NCBI GenBank assembly: GCA_965261595.1
Contig: CBDHDG010000006.1
Span: 1,184,001 to 1,248,000 of the forward strand
DNA length: 64,000 bases
DNA from: a bacterium
GTDB lineage: Bacteria; UBA8248; JACPRG01; G963555815
Reading direction: 5' to 3'
The first letter of the stretch is position 1. Each line of letters starts with the position of its first letter. Both the position numbers and the translations under genes were made by a program. The notes under the pieces were generated by a model. That model was not told the DNA's origin. It did not search any database and saw nothing but the letters and a program-made list of their open reading frames with translations. Shown here piece by piece: positions 22,507-34,082 of the stretch.

Positions 22507-22583
22507 TGGTGGGCCTACCTGGATTTGAACCAGGGACCTCACGCTTATCAGGCGTGCGCTCTAGCCAACTGAGCTATAGGCCC
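22507..22583 (-). tRNA. tRNA-Ile(GAT), CCA encoded
   Basis: GGGCCTATAGCTCAGTTGG..., anticodon GAT, ends CCA. Confidence 0.96.
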
Positions 22584-22846
22584 ACGTGAATTTCAGGCGG
22601 CCCACTCTTCTCGCCGCCTCGAATCACATGCACCCTCGCCGGAGCGCCGGGATATTCTCGGCCCGAGCCGGCTCTCATTGGATTTCGACGATAAATTTAA
22701 AACAGGGGGATCGCAGTCCGCAGGGTATCGACCTTGGTGTAGCCGCCTACCGGACGTTATTGCCTTCATCGGCACCTTTTCCGTTTCCCGTGAAGGGAAA
22801 CGTACTCGAGCCCCTCAGGCTAGTCGCTCGCAGGACGTTTTTGCTA

Positions 22847-24413
<1,567 letters not shown>

Positions 24414-24517
24414 GAACTGCATGTTTCAACTGCGAGTCTGTTTTCGAACAGATCTCCGTAGAGCCCGTCCGAATACTGCTCAAAGGAACCCGTTGGACTG
24501 CGATGCACCCTATTTCG

Positions 24518-24582
24518 TTGTCAAAGAGCGATAGACAGATTGGAGACCCGGGAATCTTCGTTGATCCCGACAGGTTTGTCAA
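24518..24582 (-). promoter_or_regulatory. rRNA operon promoter and leader boxA
   Basis: TTGACA (24582-24577), 17 bp, GAAGAT; CGCTCTTTGACAA boxA at 24530-24518. Confidence 0.6.
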
Positions 24583-24935
24583 GGAGCAACGTTAAACACC
24601 AAAGATCGGGTCAACCCTCCGGCTAAGTGAAGAAGAATATACCTCCGAGCGGGCGATTGCGCCACAATATTTTACGGGGGAGCGCCGGATTTTCAGAATC
24701 CTCCCGATCCATCTCTTCGGGCCGCGCTCGGGACGGCGACCCGCCCGATTGCAGGCGTGGCCATTCAACTCCGGGCCGGGCAGGATGGCCGGCCTACCGG
24801 ACGGTGTAAATCCGGTGTTTTCAAAACAGGCAGAGCGGGCGTTTGGATCGTTTCACCCCTTGCCCGCCTCCCCCGCAAATCATCCTATGCTATGCTCCCG
24901 ATGAACCCGAAAGAACCTCACGGCGGGAGCGAATC

Positions 24936-25766
24936 ATGCTTTTCCAAAAGGCGTTGCGCCGCCTGACCCCGGACCAGCGGAGGGCGTTCAGGGCCTGGCA
25001 AACCAGGGCCCGCGCCCGCCGGGGAGCGGGCGGCCCGCCGGAAGACGGCCGCAAGGTTGTTACCAACCTCTCTGCCGAAGATCCGTTGGGACGTGACGGC
25101 GATCCGGAAGAAGAGGTGTTCCGCCGGTTCCTCGTCCGGTTGAGCTTGACACGGACAAGGGCCAACTTAAAAAAGAGCTACGAGAAGGCGTGCGCATCTT
25201 TCACCCTTGAAGGTCCCGAGGTCTCCGGGAGAACCTCCGGCTTGGTCAGCCGTGTCATCCCGGCGGACGTTTTCCTCCGAGAACTCGGAATCGCCGCCGG
25301 CCGGCCCGCCGCCGCCTCATCCCTGAACAAGCCCGCGGTTGAGGTGGAGCGCTTTCTGACGCGCTGGAGGAGACGAAGGGCCCGTGTTCTTCGCGACCTG
25401 GAAAAGGTCAGGCTCGGAAGACGCGATAAGAAGGCGGTTTTCCTGGTTTTCGACATTTCCGACGCCGACCGCTCCGATCCCGCAACCCTCAACCGAAGGA
25501 TTGGAAAAGACCCGCCGCCGGACCCAGATACCATATTATTGGAGATGGAAATCCCCGTTGCCGCTCTCGGGCCTAAAAGGTATCCTACGGTCTGTGACGC
25601 GGGCTGGTCGGGATATTTCAAGCCGTCGGCCAGAGAGGCCGATTTCGGCCGGACGCTTGATCTGAACCAACGTCCTCCCGGGCCGGGATTGCCCGAGATC
25701 GTGGCCGAAAATTCGAATGCGAATTGCGTGAGAGATTTTAGGCGCATACCAAGCGGTACGCCATGA
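24936..25766 (+). CDS. Hypothetical protein, candidate ADP-ribosyltransferase/NADase-like effector
   Basis: RBS GGGAG and upstream TGcTATGCT extended -10; C-terminal YPTVCDAGW..YFKP...GRTLDL...GLPEIV; function inferred only. Confidence 0.6.
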   Translation: MLFQKALRRLTPDQRRAFRAWQTRARARRGAGGPPEDGRKVVTNLSAEDPLGRDGDPEEEVFRRFLVRLSLTRTRANLKKSYEKACASFTLEGPEVSGRTSGLVSRVIPADVFLRELGIAAGRPAAASSLNKPAVEVERFLTRWRRRRARVLRDLEKVRLGRRDKKAVFLVFDISDADRSDPATLNRRIGKDPPPDPDTILLEMEIPVAALGPKRYPTVCDAGWSGYFKPSAREADFGRTLDLNQRPPGPGLPEIVAENSNANCVRDFRRIPSGTP

Positions 25767-26695
25767 AACGAGCCACCGCCGTCTGGCGGCCGAAGAACAA
25801 CAGAGACGGGACGCTCAACCTGGACTCGCTGGGAGACGCCTCAGCCGCTGACATCCGACGCTGGATGAAGGCGCGTCTATCGGGCGACGACCTTTACTTC
25901 CCCGAGCGCCCCGACGATCTTCCGGCGCCCGAGCGCCTCTTCATCTACATCTGGGCCAACGCCGAAGGCCGCGCGCAGCGGCTTGTCGAGCGGGGCGCGG
26001 TCTCCCTCCTGAAAGAGATCTTGAAGAAGGACCGCACGCCCGGCCCGGCCGAGACGGCCTACAATCAGGCCATCCTTTTGCTTCTGGCCCACATCCGGCC
26101 CATCGAGGCCCGGGACTTGCTCGAACCCGTCGTCCGATCGGATGAATTCCGGAAAGAGCGTTTTACGGCATCCGGTCTGGATCGTTTGCTCGTCGGGGCC
26201 TGGGCGGCGCAGGGGCAACGGGCGGACGAGGGCCTCGCGCGCGGCCTTTTATCCGAGAAACCCTACGCCCTCGACGCCTTCTGGGTTTTCGCGGAACGGG
26301 GGCCCGAATCGGCCCTCCGCGCCCTGCCCGCGCTCCTGAAACATTTCCGGGACGACCCGGAGGACTACGCCCTCTCGGAGCTCCTCGGGGATTGGGTGGA
26401 GCTCCTTCAGGGGCCAAAGCGTCCGGGCGTTCAGGTCCTGACCTCTCACTTGAAGGACGCGCACGCCTGGGTCCGGGAGATCGTCGCGGCCTCCCTCGAC
26501 ACTGTGGGCATCGAGGTTCCCGGCATCCGCTCCCGGAAAGCGGCCTCACGGGAAAGCAGGCTGATCGGGGAGAAACTCGTGACGGCCTATAACGGCAACG
26601 CCGCAACGCCGGCCATACCTCCCCCCGCCCCCGCCGCCGGACGGCCGTCCACCCCGAGCGCCTGGCACGCTCCCTATCATCCTTCGCCGGCTTGA
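25763..26695 (+). CDS. Hypothetical all-alpha (HEAT-like) protein
   Basis: ATGA overlap with the previous gene; Leu/Ala-rich amphipathic helices; Pro-rich tail. Confidence 0.65.
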   Translation: MKRATAVWRPKNNRDGTLNLDSLGDASAADIRRWMKARLSGDDLYFPERPDDLPAPERLFIYIWANAEGRAQRLVERGAVSLLKEILKKDRTPGPAETAYNQAILLLLAHIRPIEARDLLEPVVRSDEFRKERFTASGLDRLLVGAWAAQGQRADEGLARGLLSEKPYALDAFWVFAERGPESALRALPALLKHFRDDPEDYALSELLGDWVELLQGPKRPGVQVLTSHLKDAHAWVREIVAASLDTVGIEVPGIRSRKAASRESRLIGEKLVTAYNGNAATPAIPPPAPAAGRPSTPSAWHAPYHPSPA

Positions 26696-28137
26696 GACCC
26701 TCCTTGTCCGCCCCCCCGCCCCCCCAGACAACGCACTTCATCACATTCTACTCGTTCAAAGGCGGCGTGGGCCGGACGATGGCGCTCTTGAACGCGGCGC
26801 ACTATCTGGCCGCGGCGGGCCTGGACGTCCTGATGATCGACGCCGACCTGGAGGCCCCGGGGCTGACGCTGGCGCACAAGCGCGGCCGCAGGAAACCGGC
26901 CCAAGGGTTCATCGCGCTCTACGAGGAGTGCCGGGGTTTCATCGAGAGCGGCGCCGAACCGGACGATGCCCCCCACAAGCTCAAAGGATATCTTCACTCC
27001 TTCACCGTGAATACGCCGCCCCTGCCGGGGGTCGAGCGGCCCGGACGCCTCGCCCTCCTGCCGGCCCACCCGTCGGACACCTCGCCGGACGCCTATCTCC
27101 GCCAGCTCTCCGAGCTGTCCATCCGGGAGGTCGTCGGAAAAGGCATTGCCGTGTACGTGGCCGAAGTCATCCGGGCGCGCGTCCGGGAGGAGGGGTTCGA
27201 CTACGCCCTCATCGATTCCCGGACGGGGTGGAGCGAGGCGGCCGGCTTCTGCGTCCTGGGGCTGGCGGACGCCCTGGCCGTCGTCTCGGGCTTGAACGAG
27301 CAGAACCTCCTCGGGACGAAGGACTTTCTGGAGTTCGTGGCGGGCCGGGAGGGCGAGGCGCCGAAACCCGTCCTGCGGATACTCTCTCCGGTCCCGACGG
27401 CGGAGGAGGATCTCAAAGAGAAACGGTTCAGGCGGGCGCGGGAGCTACTCGGCGGAGAGGCCGCCGTCCAGATCCCGTACCACCCCCGGATCGCCCTCAT
27501 CGAAGAGCCTTTCGTCGTCACCCAGCCGGACCACCACGTGACCGAGCAGTACCGAAAGGCCGCCCGGGCGGTCCTGGCCCTCGTCGGCGACGACCCGGAA
27601 ACGCATCTGCGCGAGGCCACGCGACTCGTCTCGGAGGACAAGATCGAAGAATCGTTGAGCCGCCTGCGCCGGGCCTGCCCCTTTGCGAAGAACGAGGTGA
27701 TCCAGGTTCTCCGTTTAGTCATAACCCAGACGATCCTGGCGAGGGGAGACGTTCCACCGTGGGGCGACGACGCCTTCCTTCTCCTCACTCGCCTGGACCC
27801 CCAAGACGACATCGCATTCAACAACTGGGGAAACCACCTCACCCGCTTAGCTGAAATGGTCTGGAAAGACAAAAGGAAAACCGCCGAAAAATATTTCCGG
27901 GACGCGGAGAAGCGCCTTCGCGAGGCAGTGAGCCTTGCGCCCGAAAAAGAGGCTTACCGGAAGAATCTCGTAACGATGCTCAAACTGTGGGCGGATAAAC
28001 TGGAGGAATCCGGAGACACCCGGGCGGCGGAGAAAAAGCGCGAAGAGGCGGAGGGAGTTTCCTCGACCCCCGCGACCAACAGGAAAAAGAAGACACCGAA
28101 GAAACGTCCGGCCAAACCACGGACGGTCAAAAAGTAA
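26692..28137 (+). CDS. ParA/MinD-like P-loop ATPase (KGGVGR variant) with C-terminal TPR repeats
   Basis: TFYSFKGGVGRT, IDADLEAPG, IDSRTG, LNEQNL.G; TPR-like AFNNWGNHL; TTGA overlap. Confidence 0.85.
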   Translation: MRPSLSAPPPPQTTHFITFYSFKGGVGRTMALLNAAHYLAAAGLDVLMIDADLEAPGLTLAHKRGRRKPAQGFIALYEECRGFIESGAEPDDAPHKLKGYLHSFTVNTPPLPGVERPGRLALLPAHPSDTSPDAYLRQLSELSIREVVGKGIAVYVAEVIRARVREEGFDYALIDSRTGWSEAAGFCVLGLADALAVVSGLNEQNLLGTKDFLEFVAGREGEAPKPVLRILSPVPTAEEDLKEKRFRRARELLGGEAAVQIPYHPRIALIEEPFVVTQPDHHVTEQYRKAARAVLALVGDDPETHLREATRLVSEDKIEESLSRLRRACPFAKNEVIQVLRLVITQTILARGDVPPWGDDAFLLLTRLDPQDDIAFNNWGNHLTRLAEMVWKDKRKTAEKYFRDAEKRLREAVSLAPEKEAYRKNLVTMLKLWADKLEESGDTRAAEKKREEAEGVSSTPATNRKKKTPKKRPAKPRTVKK

Positions 28138-28323
28138 GACGGGCGGCTCGCCAATAGGGACTACCACGGGCCTGCCGGTGGGGGGGGCGCTGCCCTGGTG
28201 ATGAGAAACCTCCGCGCTACACCGCAACGAGTTGTCGGAATGCAACGAGGCCGGCATCTCCTCTTGGTGAGAAATGCGGGCTATTTGAGTTCTGTCTTAT
28301 TAATGGCCTATCTGCGTCTCGCG

Positions 28324-28402
28324 TGTAGGGGCCGGTACTGAGCCCGGCCCCTACATGTCCATTGTACGATCGCGTGTAGGGGCGGGGCTCCGTACCCGCC
28401 CC
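28324..28402. repeat. Two GTAG-family REP-like palindromes
   Basis: TGTAGGGGCCGG-N8-CCGGCCCCTACA and GTAGGGGCGGG-N8-CCCGCCCC. Confidence 0.75.
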
Positions 28403-28431
28403 AGAAGTGTCGGGAAAACCCGGCCACGCGC

Positions 28432-29631
28432 CTACCCGCCGATCGTCACTTCCAGAAACCGCCGCTTGCCGACCTGGATCAGGTGGGTCCCCGCCTCGAC
28501 GTGAAGGTCGGCGTCCGAGACCTTCTCGCCGTTCACTCGCACCCCGCCCTGCCCGATGAGACGCCGCGCTTCGCTGTTGGACTTCGTGAGACCCTGGTCC
28601 GTCAATAACTGACAGATCCAGTGTCCCCCTTCCCGCGCCGGGATCGACACCTTCTTCACGTCCGACGGGACTTCATGCCGGCGGAACCGCGCGACGAATT
28701 CCTCCGCCGCGGCCCGGGCCGCTTCTTCTCCGTGAAACCGCGCCGCGAGCTCGGCCGCCAGGGCGGCCTTGACGTCGCGGGGGTTCCGCGCGCCGCTCTC
28801 GGTCTCTTTTTTCAGCGCCGCCAGGGCGTCCTCATCCACGTCGCTCAACAGCTCATGCCAGCTCCACATCAGCTCGTCCGAGATGGACATGACCTTGCCG
28901 TAGATCTCGCCCGGCGGCTCGTCGATCCCGATGTGGTTGCCGAGGCTCTTGCTCATCTTTCGCCGGCCGTCCGTGCCGACGAGCAGGGGGAGGGTCATCA
29001 CCACCTGGGGTGCCTGGCCGAAGGCGCGCTGGAGCTCCCGGCCCACAAGGAGGTTGAACTTCTGATCGGTCCCGCCGATCTCCACGTCCGCGCGCAGCTC
29101 CACCGAGTCGTAGCCCTGGAGAATGGGGTAGAGGAACTCATGGATGCCGATGGGCCTGCCCTCCCGGCGCCTTATCTGGAAATCGTCGCGCTCGAGCATC
29201 CGGGCCACGGTCTGGCGCGCCGCCAGGCGCAACAGGTCGGCCGCCGAGAGGCCCCCCAGCCAGGCGTTGTTGAAGACGACCTCGGTTTTATCCGGATCGA
29301 GGATCTTGAAGACCTGCCGCTCGTAGGTCCGGGTGTTCTCGCGAATCTGGTCCTCGGTAAGCTGCGGCCGGGTCTCGGAGACGCCGGTGGGGTCCCCGAT
29401 CCGGGCGGTGAAATCCCCGATGAGGAACAGGACGTGGTGGCCGAGGTCCTGGAAATGACGGAGCTTTTGGATCAGGACCGTGTGGCCCAGGTGAAGGTCG
29501 GGGGCCGTCGGGTCGAAACCGGCCTTGACGCGGAGCGGCTTTCCGGCGGCGATCTTCTTCCGAAGCTCCCCCGCCGGGATCACCTCGGCGGCGCCGCGCC
29601 CCAATCGGGCCAACTGGTCTTCCGCGTCCAT
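28432..29631 (-). CDS. tyrS: Tyrosine--tRNA ligase
   Basis: [27 protein letters not shown]-terminal S4 domain. Confidence 0.97.
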   Translation of the reverse strand: MDAEDQLARLGRGAAEVIPAGELRKKIAAGKPLRVKAGFDPTAPDLHLGHTVLIQKLRHFQDLGHHVLFLIGDFTARIGDPTGVSETRPQLTEDQIRENTRTYERQVFKILDPDKTEVVFNNAWLGGLSAADLLRLAARQTVARMLERDDFQIRRREGRPIGIHEFLYPILQGYDSVELRADVEIGGTDQKFNLLVGRELQRAFGQAPQVVMTLPLLVGTDGRRKMSKSLGNHIGIDEPPGEIYGKVMSISDELMWSWHELLSDVDEDALAALKKETESGARNPRDVKAALAAELAARFHGEEAARAAAEEFVARFRRHEVPSDVKKVSIPAREGGHWICQLLTDQGLTKSNSEARRLIGQGGVRVNGEKVSDADLHVEAGTHLIQVGKRRFLEVTIGG

Positions 29632-29731
29632 CTCCCGACACCCCCGGGCGCAGGCTTTCCAAAACACGAAAAGGCATGGCAACCCCTCGGGCGCCTGCCT
29701 TTTCGTGAAGAAATGCCGGATCTTTGAAAGA

Positions 29732-30004
29732 TTAGTTTACGGCGTCTTTCAACTCTCTTCCAGCCGAAAACTTCGGGATCTTCCGGGCCTTGATCTTCAG
29801 CGCCTCACCGGTTCTCGGGTTCCGGCCCATCCGCGCCTTCCGCTTGCTCACGGAGAAGGTGCCAAACCCGACCAGCGTCACCTTGTCGTTTTTCTTCAGC
29901 GCTTTCTTGATTCCATCCAACGCCGCCTTGAGCGCGCTCTCGGCGTCCTTCAGCGTAATCCCCGCTCCATCCGCCATCTGCTTAATCAATTCGCCCTTGT
30001 TCAC
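29732..30004 (-). CDS. hup: DNA-binding protein HU
   Basis: MNKGELI...GFGTF...GRNPRTGE. Confidence 0.96.
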   Translation of the reverse strand: MNKGELIKQMADGAGITLKDAESALKAALDGIKKALKKNDKVTLVGFGTFSVSKRKARMGRNPRTGEALKIKARKIPKFSAGRELKDAVN

Positions 30005-30196
30005 TGTCCCCGCTCCTCCCTCATAAGATTACCGCACGACCATCCCCTGGCGACCTCCCCACATCCCCATCATGATTGCAAAATATTAAGGGGTATCCGT
30101 CCGCCCGGCCGTCTTCTTATCACCGCGCCATGCCGAGTGTCAAGGCAAATTCCGGCGCTTTGCGCAGGAAAACCACATCCAGCCGGGAACGCCGCA

Positions 30197-30225
30197 TTGA
30201 CACCCCTCCATCAGTCGCCTATGTT
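30197..30225 (+). promoter_or_regulatory. Sigma70-type promoter for the NUDIX gene
   Basis: TTGACA-17bp-TATGTT; a divergent TTGACA for hup lies at 30143-30138. Confidence 0.55.
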
Positions 30226-30320
30226 TCGCTGCAAGACCGGGCCGAGCCCGCCGGCAAGACGGATCGGCCGCGCCTCGAACCCGCCGCCCGCTGAAACCGA
30301 CCACCGGGGAGACCTCGCCT

Positions 30321-30794
30321 TTGGGACGGAAATACCCCTCGCGCCCCATTGTCGGCGTCGGGGCCTTAATCTTCCAGGATGGCGGAGAAGAGGTTCTCGT
30401 CGTGCGCCGGGGAACGCCGCCGGGGGCGGGGGCGTGGAGCGTTCCGGGCGGCGCGGTGGAGATCGGCGAACACCTCGAAGACGCCCTCCACCGCGAGATC
30501 GACGAGGAGACCGGTCTGCGGATCGAAATCCTGGAGACCGCCGCCGTCCTCGACCGCATTCACCCGGACGCGTTCGGCCGCGTCCAATACCACTACGTTC
30601 TCATCGATTATCTCTGCGCCCACGTGTCCGGCGAGCCCGTGGCCCGAACGGACATCGTCGACGCCCGTTGGGCCAAGGTCCGGGAGCTGGAAGCGCTCGA
30701 GATGACCGAGTGGACCCTGGAGCACTTGCGGAAGGCCTCGGAGCGGTTTCGAGAAATCAAGTCCGGCGCCGCGGCGCCGCCGGCCATCGGCTGA
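30321..30794 (+). CDS. NUDIX hydrolase
   Basis: PGGAVEIGE....ALHREIDEETGL Nudix box. Confidence 0.92.
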   Translation: MGRKYPSRPIVGVGALIFQDGGEEVLVVRRGTPPGAGAWSVPGGAVEIGEHLEDALHREIDEETGLRIEILETAAVLDRIHPDAFGRVQYHYVLIDYLCAHVSGEPVARTDIVDARWAKVRELEALEMTEWTLEHLRKASERFREIKSGAAAPPAIG

Positions 30795-30861
30795 GCGCGT
30801 TTCGCTGCCGGCCCCGCCGGATCCGCGGCGGCCCGCCGGGTCGAGAGAAGGAGATAACCCG

Positions 30862-31383
30862 TTGTCGATTGCAACCCGCCGAGGCGACACCGGCGAGACC
30901 GATCTCCTCTACGGTGGACGCGTCGCCAAGCATCACCCCCGCGTGGAAGCCTACGGGGCGCTTCACGAGGCCATCGCCGCCCTGGGCCTGGCGCGCGCGG
31001 GGCTCCCGCCGGGCGGACTTCGGGAGGACACCTTCCGCGTCCAGAAAGAACTCTTCCTCATCGGCTCGGAGCTGGCCGCCGATCTCGCCCATCTTCACAG
31101 GCTGGCGACCCGCATCGGCGAAGAACACGTTCAGTGGCTGGACAAGCGATTGGCCGAGGCCGAGAAGACGCGGCCGGTGACCGACTGGATCATCCCGGGG
31201 GAGGGGTCGGCTTCGGCCGCCTTCCACCTGGCCTCCACCATCATCCGCCGCACGGAGCGCCGGGCGGTCAAGCTGCGGGACGACGGCCTCCTGGAGGGCG
31301 GGCACCTGCTCACCTACCTGAACCGCCTCGCGGACCTGCTCTTCATGTTCGCCGTGCTGAGCGAGGAGCCTTCGGGGGATTGA
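30862..31383 (+). CDS. PduO-type ATP:cob(I)alamin adenosyltransferase
   Basis: TRRGD.GET, RRTERR, YLNRLADLLF. Confidence 0.9.
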   Translation: MSIATRRGDTGETDLLYGGRVAKHHPRVEAYGALHEAIAALGLARAGLPPGGLREDTFRVQKELFLIGSELAADLAHLHRLATRIGEEHVQWLDKRLAEAEKTRPVTDWIIPGEGSASAAFHLASTIIRRTERRAVKLRDDGLLEGGHLLTYLNRLADLLFMFAVLSEEPSGD

Positions 31384-31398
31384 AGCCGCCCGCGCCGA

Positions 31399-32502
31399 TC
31401 AGGGCGAGCCGTAAAAACCGGATTGGCGGTATTGTGAGGTCAGCGCCTCCCACCAGACCTTCAGGACAACAGCCGCCGGCACCCCCAGCAGCACACCCAG
31501 GAAGCCGAAAGCCGAGCCCCCGATCAGGACCGCCAACATGACCACCACCGGGTGGAGGCCGATGCGCTTTCCCACGATGCGCGGCGTGAGAACAAACCCC
31601 TCCAGGCCCTGACCCACCGCGAAGACCGCCACAACGCCCAGCAGATGGGCGACGTCATGGAACTCCAAAACCGTCATCACCAGGGCCGGGAGAAGGCCCA
31701 CGATCAACCCCAGGTACGGCACGATGTTGGCCAAGCCCGCGACGATCCCGATCCCGATGGGCAGGGGGGTTCCCACGATCATGAGTCCGGCGCTGTACAC
31801 CACGACCAGGCAGAGCGCAACCAGAAACTGGCCCTTGATGAAGCTGCCCAGCAGCTCATCCATCCGCTCGAACCGCCGGATCAGAAACACCCGGTGTTTG
31901 GGCGGGACGTACCCGAGCGCCCTTTCCTTGAGCACATCGAAATCCCTCAACAGATAAAAAGCCGCCACAGGGATGACGGTCAGGTTCACCAGCAGCAGGG
32001 TGACGTTCAGCAGGCCCGACGTCGCCTGCCAAAGCAGCCCGCTCGCGGACTGCCACAGGTTGGGCGGCAGCGACTTCAGGCGCGCCGCCAGGGAGTTGAC
32101 GGTGAGACCCAGCTCCGAGGCGTCCATCCCGGTCACCCGCATCACCCAGGGCGCGATCCAGCTCCGCAACTGTTCAACGTATTGCGGGAACCGTTGGATC
32201 AAGTCCGTGACGTGGGATTGGATCAGGGGGAACACCAGAACGGACACGGCGGCCGCGAAGAGCAGGAGGAAAACCATCAGCAAAAGGATGCCGACCCACC
32301 GCGACAGCCCCACGCGCTCCAGTTGATCGACCACCGGGTCCAACAGGTAAGCCAGCAGGGCCGCCAGGAAAAACGCCGTGAGGACCGACCGGAAGGCATA
32401 GACGGTGTAGAGGACGAGGATGACGGCCGCGACGCCCGCAAGATTCAGCCATACAATCCGGCCGGTCCGACTCGCGGGCGTCCGGACCTCCGGTTCGTTC
32501 AA
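31399..32502 (-). CDS. AI-2E family transporter
   Basis: LAYLLDPVV, IVPYLG, LTPRIVG..IGLHP. Confidence 0.9.
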   Translation of the reverse strand: MNEPEVRTPASRTGRIVWLNLAGVAAVILVLYTVYAFRSVLTAFFLAALLAYLLDPVVDQLERVGLSRWVGILLLMVFLLLFAAAVSVLVFPLIQSHVTDLIQRFPQYVEQLRSWIAPWVMRVTGMDASELGLTVNSLAARLKSLPPNLWQSASGLLWQATSGLLNVTLLLVNLTVIPVAAFYLLRDFDVLKERALGYVPPKHRVFLIRRFERMDELLGSFIKGQFLVALCLVVVYSAGLMIVGTPLPIGIGIVAGLANIVPYLGLIVGLLPALVMTVLEFHDVAHLLGVVAVFAVGQGLEGFVLTPRIVGKRIGLHPVVVMLAVLIGGSAFGFLGVLLGVPAAVVLKVWWEALTSQYRQSGFYGSP

Positions 32503-32512
32503 GGAACGCTCC

Positions 32513-33145
32513 TCAGGAGGACTCGCCCACCCGCCGCATGAATCTCAGGAGATAGTGAATGCCGGAGACAAACGTAACGATCGCGGCCGCGAAGGAAAGA
32601 CCCGAAAGGTAGGGGGCCTGCGTTTCTTGGAAAAAATAGAACAGGAGCGCCCAAAAAATGGTGGCCAGCTGGAGGCAGGTGGTGACCTTGCCGAGAAAAC
32701 TCGGCGCCATCACGGACTGTCCCTGGATGCTCCGGAGAAACAACGCCCCGCCCACGATCATCGCGTCCCGGCTGACGACCAGGATCGTCAACCAGACCGG
32801 CAGGACGCCCATGGAGGAAAGAACCCAGAAAGAAGCGGTGAGCAGGATTTTGTCGGCCAGCGGGTCCAGAAGGGCCCCCAGCTCCGTCGTCAGGTGATAG
32901 CGGCGGGCAATCAGGCCGTCCAACGCGTCGGAAATCCCGGACAGGCAAAAAACGAACAGGGCCGGAACCTTCATCCCGTAAACCAGAAACCCGATAAAGA
33001 TCGGGGTCATCAGGAGGCGCAGAATCGTGATTTGGTTCGGGATGCTCCAGTCGATCCCCCGGGCGGCCGTCGCCTCGCCAATCCGCCGGACGACCTCTTC
33101 CCCCCGCGCCCTCTTCGCCGAAGTGAAACCCTTCACGTTATCCAC
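32513..33145 (-). CDS. CDP-alcohol phosphatidyltransferase (PgsA-like)
   Basis: PNQITILR, DALDGLIAR....G..LDPLADK. Confidence 0.9.
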   Translation of the reverse strand: MDNVKGFTSAKRARGEEVVRRIGEATAARGIDWSIPNQITILRLLMTPIFIGFLVYGMKVPALFVFCLSGISDALDGLIARRYHLTTELGALLDPLADKILLTASFWVLSSMGVLPVWLTILVVSRDAMIVGGALFLRSIQGQSVMAPSFLGKVTTCLQLATIFWALLFYFFQETQAPYLSGLSFAAAIVTFVSGIHYLLRFMRRVGESS

Positions 33146-34082
33146 GATATAACCCCAACGGAAACAGGAGCCGCTTCACCCGCTCCAGGGTCTCGATCGC
33201 CTCGAGTCCGGAAACCGAGCCGAGCGGGAAAAAATCTCCCCTTCCGGTCTTCCGCATCAACCCTCTCCCCAGCGTGAACAAAACCGCGCGCAGGGAGAGG
33301 TGCCGAACCCCCATATCGATCGGGCGGCGCGCCCCAAGGTCGTCATCCGCCTTCACGCCCGCGCCTTGAAAAACATTGTACACCACCACCGCGAGCTGCA
33401 CCCGTTGAAAAGGCTCGCCGGGCCCGAAGGTGTGGTCCGGCCGGGAAGCCATCCACCCCTTTCTGACGGCGTTCAGGATGGCGTCCTTCGCCCAATGGGC
33501 GCCGATATCGGTCAAAACCTCGGTGAAGGGACTCTCCCGGAGTCCTTTCAAATCGGCCATGTGCGCGGCCAGGATGCCCGCCATGTCGCCCCGGGTGATC
33601 CGCTGCGAGCGGGCCGCCTGGCCGACTTCTTTCGGCCAGTTCACCGGGACGCCCAGATAGGCCAAAAAGGCCCGGGTCTCGGGGTCGTCCGGGTTTCGGG
33701 TCAGCGCCGCGCGCAGCCTTCGCCGGGCCCCTTCCAGGTCGCCGGTGAAAAAGGACCACTTCGCCAGGCCCACGATGACCCGCACGTCCGAGGGCGAAAG
33801 CGTCAGGGCCTTTCCATAAAACTGTATGCTGCGGGCGTATTCCCGCCGGGAAAAAGAGAGGTCGCCCAGGCCCAGGTACGGGCGGGGGTCCTCCGGACGC
33901 GCCTTGCGCGCGGCCCCCAGGATGGATTCGGCCTCGGCCGTCCGCCCCTGCCGCATGGCGGACCACGCCCGGCGGTACAGGGCCTCTTCATCCTGGGCCC
34001 CGACAAGCGCGGGCGGGAGCGGCGCACACAGGGCCGCCGCCCACAGCGCCAGGGTCATCCGCGCCCGGACCGCGCTCCTCAC
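33138..34082 (-). CDS. Secreted TPR plus S-layer homology (SLH) domain protein
   Basis: Signal peptide, TPR repeats, TDIGAHWA...DHTFGP...RVQLA; GTGA overlap with rluB. Confidence 0.75.
   Translation of the reverse strand: MRSAVRARMTLALWAAALCAPLPPALVGAQDEEALYRRAWSAMRQGRTAEAESILGAARKARPEDPRPYLGLGDLSFSRREYARSIQFYGKALTLSPSDVRVIVGLAKWSFFTGDLEGARRRLRAALTRNPDDPETRAFLAYLGVPVNWPKEVGQAARSQRITRGDMAGILAAHMADLKGLRESPFTEVLTDIGAHWAKDAILNAVRKGWMASRPDHTFGPGEPFQRVQLAVVVYNVFQGAGVKADDDLGARRPIDMGVRHLSLRAVLFTLGRGLMRKTGRGDFFPLGSVSGLEAIETLERVKRLLFPLGLYRG

Noticed and set aside
26692..28137. Chromosome or plasmid partitioning ParA, or MinD
   Set aside because: It has the KGGVGRT variant and a TPR extension, with no parB, parS, minC or minE nearby.
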